A stretch of DNA of 37,188 bases from a virus, in the IMG/VR virus record IMGVR_UViG_3300045988_180981, positions 1-37,188 of that record; one strand, 5' to 3'. Shown here in pieces: positions 32,418-37,188 of the stretch (position 1 is the first letter of the stretch; the number at the start of each line of letters is the position of its first letter). Below the pieces are notes generated by a model. That model did no database searches. It was not told the DNA's origin and saw only the letters and a list, made by a program, of their open reading frames with translations. Position numbers and translations under genes: made by a program.

Positions 32418-34202
32418 TCAGTTGAATATTTCTGGCTTTCCTTGCTTTTGCGTAGGGAAGGTGCTTCCGCGTAAATTGTTTCCGCCATTGTCGTCCTCGT
32501 TGTCATTGAAAATCGAATCCAAATTCGGGCCATCTTCGAGTTGGTTGCCTTGATCGGCTTCCTTTTGCATGGCGCTTTCGTCCATGATTCCGCCAAATTC
32601 GGCTTGGCGCTTCATCGCCTTGTCGATTTTTGCCCTCAAGGAAACCTCGTCCAAGTCGGGGTTCACCTCGCGTACGGCTTCCTCTAGGTCAATCAATCCC
32701 ATTTCGTATTCTTTCTCAACACGTGCGAGCAAGCGGTCTTTGTTCACCAAGGATGGATTGCCGAAGGTGAGAACCGCGTTGGCTTCTACTCCCAAGAAAT
32801 TTAGGGTGGTGTCGAGCAAGCGGTTGAACGGCTCAACGAAATAGGAGCGCTCTTGCTGGATGAACGCGATGGACATATCGTCCTCGGAATCGATTTGCGT
32901 TGCGGTTTGCTGGGCTTCCCCTTGCGACAAGTAAGAGGAGAGTGCTTTCGGGGTAGTTCCCCATTTCGTTGCGATGGCTTTTAGCGAATCGTCAATCATC
33001 TTTTGCCATTCAGTGGTTCGCAATTCGAATTGCTTCACGATGGCTTGTTGGGATTCCGCGTCCATGCCCTTCATGAGTTCAACGGGGGAATCCGGCAATC
33101 CGCCATACACGTTGGGCCGAACCATTGGGTTCGCTCCAACCAAGTCACCCATGCTCATGGATTTCGGCAAATATAGAGTGCCTTTCCCGAGGTAAGCGTC
33201 TCGCAGGCGGTACGCGTTCGCGATTTCGTAGTTGATTAAATCGCTTTGCACATCGATGATTTTCGATTTCCCGAAGCATTGGGCGGTAGGAACGGAAATG
33301 TCAATTTCACCGTCACGGCACACCTCAACTCCAAGATTCAAGAACGGAAGCGGTCTAGGCTCGTTCAAGCGGATAGCGCCGTAATCATTTCGGATTGCGT
33401 TCCGCAAGAATTTCGGCATTTCCGCCCATGGTACGCTAGCGCTCAAATCAGCATTGATCGGACCGTCCGTTTTGTTCAGCGTTTGCCCAGATGAGCGAAA
33501 CACTTTGTACGCAACCATTGGGATTTTCTCACCGACTTTGCGCACAACGCGGAGAGTTCCATCTGGCAATTCCTCGATTTTCCCCTCTTTCTCGGTCTCG
33601 TAGAAGCGCTTTTCGATGAGGTAATAGGAAGCCCGTTGACCGTCTCCCGTTGCCCTTGTGTCCGCGTAGTTGCGGATGAAAAAGGAAGCCTCTTGCACGC
33701 AACCGCGAAAATCGGTTGTGAAATAGCAATTGTCCAAGCGGACGGCTTCCCACCACGGCTTTCCATAGGCGGTTGAGTTCAATTTGATGAGGGAAGTCCC
33801 CGTGGTCATGGCGAAGGATACCGCCCCGTACATGGCTTTTCGGAACTCGCCTTCTTTGGAGATTTTGTCGCAAATCGCAACCGCGCTGTCTCCAACGTGG
33901 CATGGGTTCGTTCCCTTGTTCTTGAATATTGGCTTCTCACCGACCACTTGCTTCGCCATTCCCGATATGAGGGAAGTGGCGATACGCGTGGAAACGATTC
34001 CAAAGCCGTCTCCATGAAGCGCAGGCACGTATCCGTCCACCCATTGGCAACACGGAAGGACGTACTTTTGCGCGTAATCCTTCAAGTGGGACGGAACGAG
34101 CGCGCAAAAAAGATTCGATTGGTTGTTATACGAATAGGTGTTGTTAATCGCGAGTTGAAGGGAATTTTGGAACGTTCCCCATCCGCTTTTTTCTTCTTCC
34201 AT
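32418..34202 (-). CDS. Portal protein candidate (594 aa)
   Basis: Size, position after the large terminase gene, and an acidic C-terminal tail; AGGAG SD. Confidence 0.6.
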   Translation of the reverse strand: MEEEKSGWGTFQNSLQLAINNTYSYNNQSNLFCALVPSHLKDYAQKYVLPCCQWVDGYVPALHGDGFGIVSTRIATSLISGMAKQVVGEKPIFKNKGTNPCHVGDSAVAICDKISKEGEFRKAMYGAVSFAMTTGTSLIKLNSTAYGKPWWEAVRLDNCYFTTDFRGCVQEASFFIRNYADTRATGDGQRASYYLIEKRFYETEKEGKIEELPDGTLRVVRKVGEKIPMVAYKVFRSSGQTLNKTDGPINADLSASVPWAEMPKFLRNAIRNDYGAIRLNEPRPLPFLNLGVEVCRDGEIDISVPTAQCFGKSKIIDVQSDLINYEIANAYRLRDAYLGKGTLYLPKSMSMGDLVGANPMVRPNVYGGLPDSPVELMKGMDAESQQAIVKQFELRTTEWQKMIDDSLKAIATKWGTTPKALSSYLSQGEAQQTATQIDSEDDMSIAFIQQERSYFVEPFNRLLDTTLNFLGVEANAVLTFGNPSLVNKDRLLARVEKEYEMGLIDLEEAVREVNPDLDEVSLRAKIDKAMKRQAEFGGIMDESAMQKEADQGNQLEDGPNLDSIFNDNEDDNGGNNLRGSTFPTQKQGKPEIFN

Positions 34203-34256
34203 GCTTCGCTCCTAGATAATTTCACGCCCATTATAAGGCAAAGGAATCGAAATGCG

Positions 34257-34685
34257 TTACGCTTTTCTCTTTTTCGCGAGTTCTTTTGCTTGCTTTTGGA
34301 TTTCCTCGCAAAGTTCGTCCAACTCGCCAACAACGTCCTTCGTGCCCATTTTCTTGAGCACGAGCATCAGGAGGCGCTGGATGTCCACGAGGGATTGATT
34401 CATGCTGTCGAGCACCGCGCATTGTGCCACCGTGAACTTGTATACGAGTTGGCGGTAGGCTTTCACGGACAAATTGCGCACGTCAATCTCGCGAGCGCCC
34501 ATTTGGATGTCCTCGTCCTTCAACTCAATCGGCATATTCATCTTTTCCATGAAAGCCTTGATTTTCTCCTCGTCTTTCGGGGAGATGGTGGTGGTTTCCT
34601 TCTTCACCGCGTCCGCGAACTTCTCGTAGTCCGCATCGGCTTCGGCTTTCGCCTCTTTCTTTTCTTTTTCGTCCATGTGAATCAT
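34257..34685 (-). CDS. Hypothetical acidic helical protein (142 aa) between the large terminase and portal genes
   Basis: ORF in operon context. Confidence 0.45.
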   Translation of the reverse strand: MIHMDEKEKKEAKAEADADYEKFADAVKKETTTISPKDEEKIKAFMEKMNMPIELKDEDIQMGAREIDVRNLSVKAYRQLVYKFTVAQCAVLDSMNQSLVDIQRLLMLVLKKMGTKDVVGELDELCEEIQKQAKELAKKRKA

Positions 34686-34709
34686 TTTCCTTTCCGCCCT
34701 TATGGGCTA

Positions 34710-36158
34710 TCACCTGACGGTTTTCGCGTTTCTAGTGAAATCGTAAATCTTCTCGCTTGAGGTTCGGATGTTGAACCATTGCATATTCTCGATTCGCCCA
34801 TACCATGCGTTCACCGCGTAGGTGAAGGCATCGCAATCATCGTTTGGAAGGGCTGGGTCATATCCAGTGCCAGAATCGTTCCACAGCAGGTTTTGTAGCT
34901 GATGGTGCAACGGGTTCACAGCGTTCACCCAAGTTTGGCGCACGTAATCGTAGTAGCCCCCATAGTCGATGATGTTCACCATATCGTTGGATAGGGCGCT
35001 TTGCACCACCGCGACCATTTGGGGGATTCGGTTCTTTTTGATCGGCTTCACCAAGGCTCGCGGAGAGAAGAAGTAGTTGCACGCTTGGCGCAAGTCCGCG
35101 GAAGCCTCGTCAATCACCATAAGTATCGGTATTTGCCTAAGATAAGGGGTCTCGTACAATTCCTTGCGAGTTCCCAATGCCCAAGCCTTGCACAACTCAT
35201 CGAACCATTTCTGCAAAAAGTTATCCGCCAATTTCTGCGAGCCGAACACCCCGTCCACCGTGGGGTCGTGGTGGAATATCGGCCCAACGAAGGATTGCCC
35301 GTTGCTCATGATGATGAGCGGAACGAATGATGTGCAGTCTCGCGTTACCGCGCCATCGCCTCCAATCACGCAACCAACGGGGTAAACGCCCTTGATTTCC
35401 ATGAAGTGGCGCACCTGATCTAGCGTGTATTTGTGGCGGTTCTCGTTGTACATGATGTAGACGCTACCAAGCGAAGCGGACGGGTGTCCCATGTAGAACC
35501 ACTCGTAGTACTCTCGGTTCGTGTATTTGCACTTGAGGATTTCCTTGATGTCATAATCGTTCAAGAATGGGATGATGTCCTCCCAAGTAAATTCGAGTTC
35601 GAGCCAATCGCGGTCTCTGGCTTTCTCCTCTTTGAGCTGGTTGAACCAATGCGCCTTTTGGGGAGGTGGGTTTCCAAGGATCAATACTTTTGCGTCTCTC
35701 CCGAAGTTTCTCCGGAAAGAGGCGAGCGTTTGGTCGAAGTGCAAACGGGAGGGCAATTCTTGGGCTTCTTCCATCACCACGATCTTGATGGGGTGGTCGG
35801 GCTTGAAGCCCTTCGTTCGGTCGAGGTTCGAGCCACCGATTCCCATGAAATAGATTTTGTTGAGGTTTCCGCGCTCGAAGCGCAGAGGGGAGCGCCTCTC
35901 GGAGAACTCGTTCCCCAAGCCGTTTGGGAGAGAGTCCAGCGCGTCTTTGTATTCCGCGAAGCACGAATCCGCCATCGAGCCGTATGAAGCTCGGCAATAG
36001 ATTTGGTCGGTGTTCGGGAATTGGAACGCGAACAAAGTCGATATGATGGCCGCGGTTTTCGTCTTTCCTCCGATTCGTCCGCCCGTTATCAGGTTGTAGA
36101 TTTTGTCGGAGGAGAGAAGCGCTTTGGCTTTCGAGGTCAATTTGATCGTTTCCGCCAT
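34710..36158 (-). CDS. terL: Terminase large subunit
   Basis: Walker A LITGGRIGGKTKT near the N-terminus; size ~480 aa; follows the small terminase gene with a stop/start overlap. Confidence 0.8.
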   Translation of the reverse strand: MAETIKLTSKAKALLSSDKIYNLITGGRIGGKTKTAAIISTLFAFQFPNTDQIYCRASYGSMADSCFAEYKDALDSLPNGLGNEFSERRSPLRFERGNLNKIYFMGIGGSNLDRTKGFKPDHPIKIVVMEEAQELPSRLHFDQTLASFRRNFGRDAKVLILGNPPPQKAHWFNQLKEEKARDRDWLELEFTWEDIIPFLNDYDIKEILKCKYTNREYYEWFYMGHPSASLGSVYIMYNENRHKYTLDQVRHFMEIKGVYPVGCVIGGDGAVTRDCTSFVPLIIMSNGQSFVGPIFHHDPTVDGVFGSQKLADNFLQKWFDELCKAWALGTRKELYETPYLRQIPILMVIDEASADLRQACNYFFSPRALVKPIKKNRIPQMVAVVQSALSNDMVNIIDYGGYYDYVRQTWVNAVNPLHHQLQNLLWNDSGTGYDPALPNDDCDAFTYAVNAWYGRIENMQWFNIRTSSEKIYDFTRNAKTVR

Positions 36159-36160
36159 CT

Positions 36161-36700
36161 TCACTTCTCCATGACCTTGCCATCGATTTCCGCAATCGTC
36201 TCCCGTTCAAGTTTGAGCATTCTCTCGGAATCGGATTCCGGATTTACCAACTCGATTTTGATGGAAGGAGCTTCGGGTGCTTCTGGCCTAATGGGCGGAA
36301 GTTCCCTCTTCGCGTACATCTCTGGCATACGTCTTTCGAGAAGCCACGCGGCCGCCTTCCAATCGCCCATCTCCGCGGATTTGAGTATCACCCCGACTTG
36401 GTTGCGCTCGAACTCCATGAGAGACCCCTTGGCCTCGCAATAGAACTCCGCCATCGCCATTTCCCTCTCATTTCGTTGCTTGTATGGCATGAGCAGACAA
36501 CGATAGCCCTCTTTGAGCGCCCTATCGTATTCGGGTTTGGAGATTCCCAAGGCTTCGCACGTCACTTTGGGGTCGCGACCCTCTCGGAGGCCGTCCATGA
36601 GTTGGGTTCTTTTCTCATCGTCCAACCAAAACTCCGTGTCTTCCAATCGTCTTTGGATTTCGTGTTTCTTCGGTTCAATCGCTTTCGGCATATAGACCAT
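36161..36700 (-). CDS. terS: Terminase small subunit candidate (~180 aa). The N-terminal 93 codons of track ORF 36161-36979 are treated as non-coding.
   Basis: HTH-like segment VTCEALGISKPEYDRALKEG; sits immediately upstream of the large terminase gene. The start at MVYMPK has no clear SD, so the 5' end is uncertain. Confidence 0.5.
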   Translation of the reverse strand: MVYMPKAIEPKKHEIQRRLEDTEFWLDDEKRTQLMDGLREGRDPKVTCEALGISKPEYDRALKEGYRCLLMPYKQRNEREMAMAEFYCEAKGSLMEFERNQVGVILKSAEMGDWKAAAWLLERRMPEMYAKRELPPIRPEAPEAPSIKIELVNPESDSERMLKLERETIAEIDGKVMEK

Positions 36701-36913
36701 TATATCCCAAGGGCTATGATAGTGGAAGAGAGAAGCCGTGGAAGCCCGTTCCGCGCACGAATCACGCACAAGTGAGCACGATATTGCCCATCTTTGATTG
36801 TTCATAAGCGAGATGGATGGGCGATGAGAGAATGGCTTCATCGCGTAGCGCGCCTCCCCATAAACAATCCGTAGAAAGAGGAATGGGCAAGACCGTTTTA
36901 CCGATAAACCGCT

Positions 36914-36950
36914 ATTGTTCATATAAAAGAATATTTTTTTATAGAACAAT
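36914..36950. promoter_or_regulatory. 37-bp imperfect palindrome ATTGTTCATATAAAAGAATATTTTTTTATAGAACAAT about 215 bp upstream of terS; candidate late-operator or packaging-protein site
   Basis: The outer arms ATTGTTC / GAACAAT are exact; the inner A/T arms are offset by 1 nt. Confidence 0.45.
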
Positions 36951-37069
36951 CTCGCGCACCCCCGTAGCGAATAGTTCATTTATTGAACAATCTATAACGC
37001 GTATGCGCACATATGCTCGCACGGGGCTAGGCGGAGTTATCTAGGGAATGGGAATTACTTAAGGAAATA

Positions 37070-37188
37070 CCAACATCGCACGCGCACACGGGCGATTTGG
37101 GATTTACGAAGTAAAGCCCATGAAAGTAATGCCACCGCGGAAAAAAGGGAAAAAAATTCGAAGGGGTTGGGTAGCCCCGAAAAAAAGG
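37070..37188. repeat. Right copy of the 119-bp direct terminal repeat. Either genuine terminal redundancy or overlap from a circular or circularly permuted assembly.
   Basis: Identical to 1-119. The window stops where the repeat stops, so the true repeat could be longer. Confidence 0.9.

Noticed and set aside
33897-34760. 287-aa plus-strand ORF antisense to the portal and 142-aa genes. Other long plus-strand ORFs were handled the same way, e.g. 2658-3083, 28897-29478, 29704-30357, 30192-30743, 35433-35987 and 36003-36443.
   Set aside because: All lie entirely inside well-supported minus-strand genes that have SDs and translational coupling. They are antisense shadow ORFs.
36701-36979. N-terminal 93 codons of track ORF 36161-36979 (extended small terminase)
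   Set aside because: The extension starts at a non-optimal codon and has an odd composition (MNYSLRGCARLFYKKIFFYMNN). It overlaps the 37-bp palindrome and candidate promoter DNA. A small terminase of ~180 aa starting at 36700 is the usual size.
1-37188. Looked for tRNA genes, CRISPR arrays, an integrase with attachment sites, and toxin-antitoxin pairs
   Set aside because: No T-arm-like GTTCGAATC segments and no spaced identical repeats with unique spacers were seen. No ORF carries a tyrosine or serine recombinase signature. No convincing two-gene toxin-antitoxin pattern was visible by eye.

Overview
The window appears to be a complete ~37.07-kb genome of a tailed dsDNA phage (Caudoviricetes). 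A 119-bp exact direct repeat sits at both ends (1-119 = 37070-37188). Every credible gene is on the minus strand. Genes are tightly packed, with frequent ATGA and TAATG stop/start overlaps and strong AGGAGG-type Shine-Dalgarno sites, which fits a Firmicutes-type host. GC content is roughly 48% by eye, not computed. No integrase was recognised.

Early module (16911 down to 1021):
- Two membrane proteins, then a series of small hypothetical proteins.
- Recombination cassette: Rad52/Sak-like annealing protein, SSB, an XRE-family HTH regulator and RusA resolvase.
- A distal cluster that looks like anti-defence cargo: orphan C5 cytosine methyltransferase, a 54-aa hyper-acidic protein missing from the ORF track, a 17-repeat pentapeptide-type beta-solenoid protein, and a C39-like Cys peptidase domain.
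- Punctuated by intrinsic terminators and at least three near-identical sigma-A-like promoters.

Late module (36700 down to 17551): small and large terminase, portal, MuF-like minor head protein, scaffold, major capsid protein, connector and tail proteins, a 1113-aa and a 630-aa fibre/structural protein, a DUF285/BspA-like LRR protein, membrane holin-like proteins and a terminator. No tape-measure protein, endolysin, DNA polymerase, helicase, primase or replication initiator was recognised.

Non-coding highlights:
- Six DnaA-box-like 9-mers (TTTTCCACA) between the late and early modules, a candidate host-DnaA-dependent origin.
- An AACGG iteron array of about 20 copies downstream of rusA.
- A promoter, ~260-nt leader and strong terminator cassette embedded between the head genes, reminiscent of lambda pR'-tR'.
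- A 29-bp exact hairpin repeat placed immediately 5' of the Shine-Dalgarno site of two consecutive genes.
- A ~1.4-kb gene-free terminal region with a G-tract-rich polypurine stretch and several palindromes.

All functional calls rest on motifs read by eye and on gene order. No database search was run.
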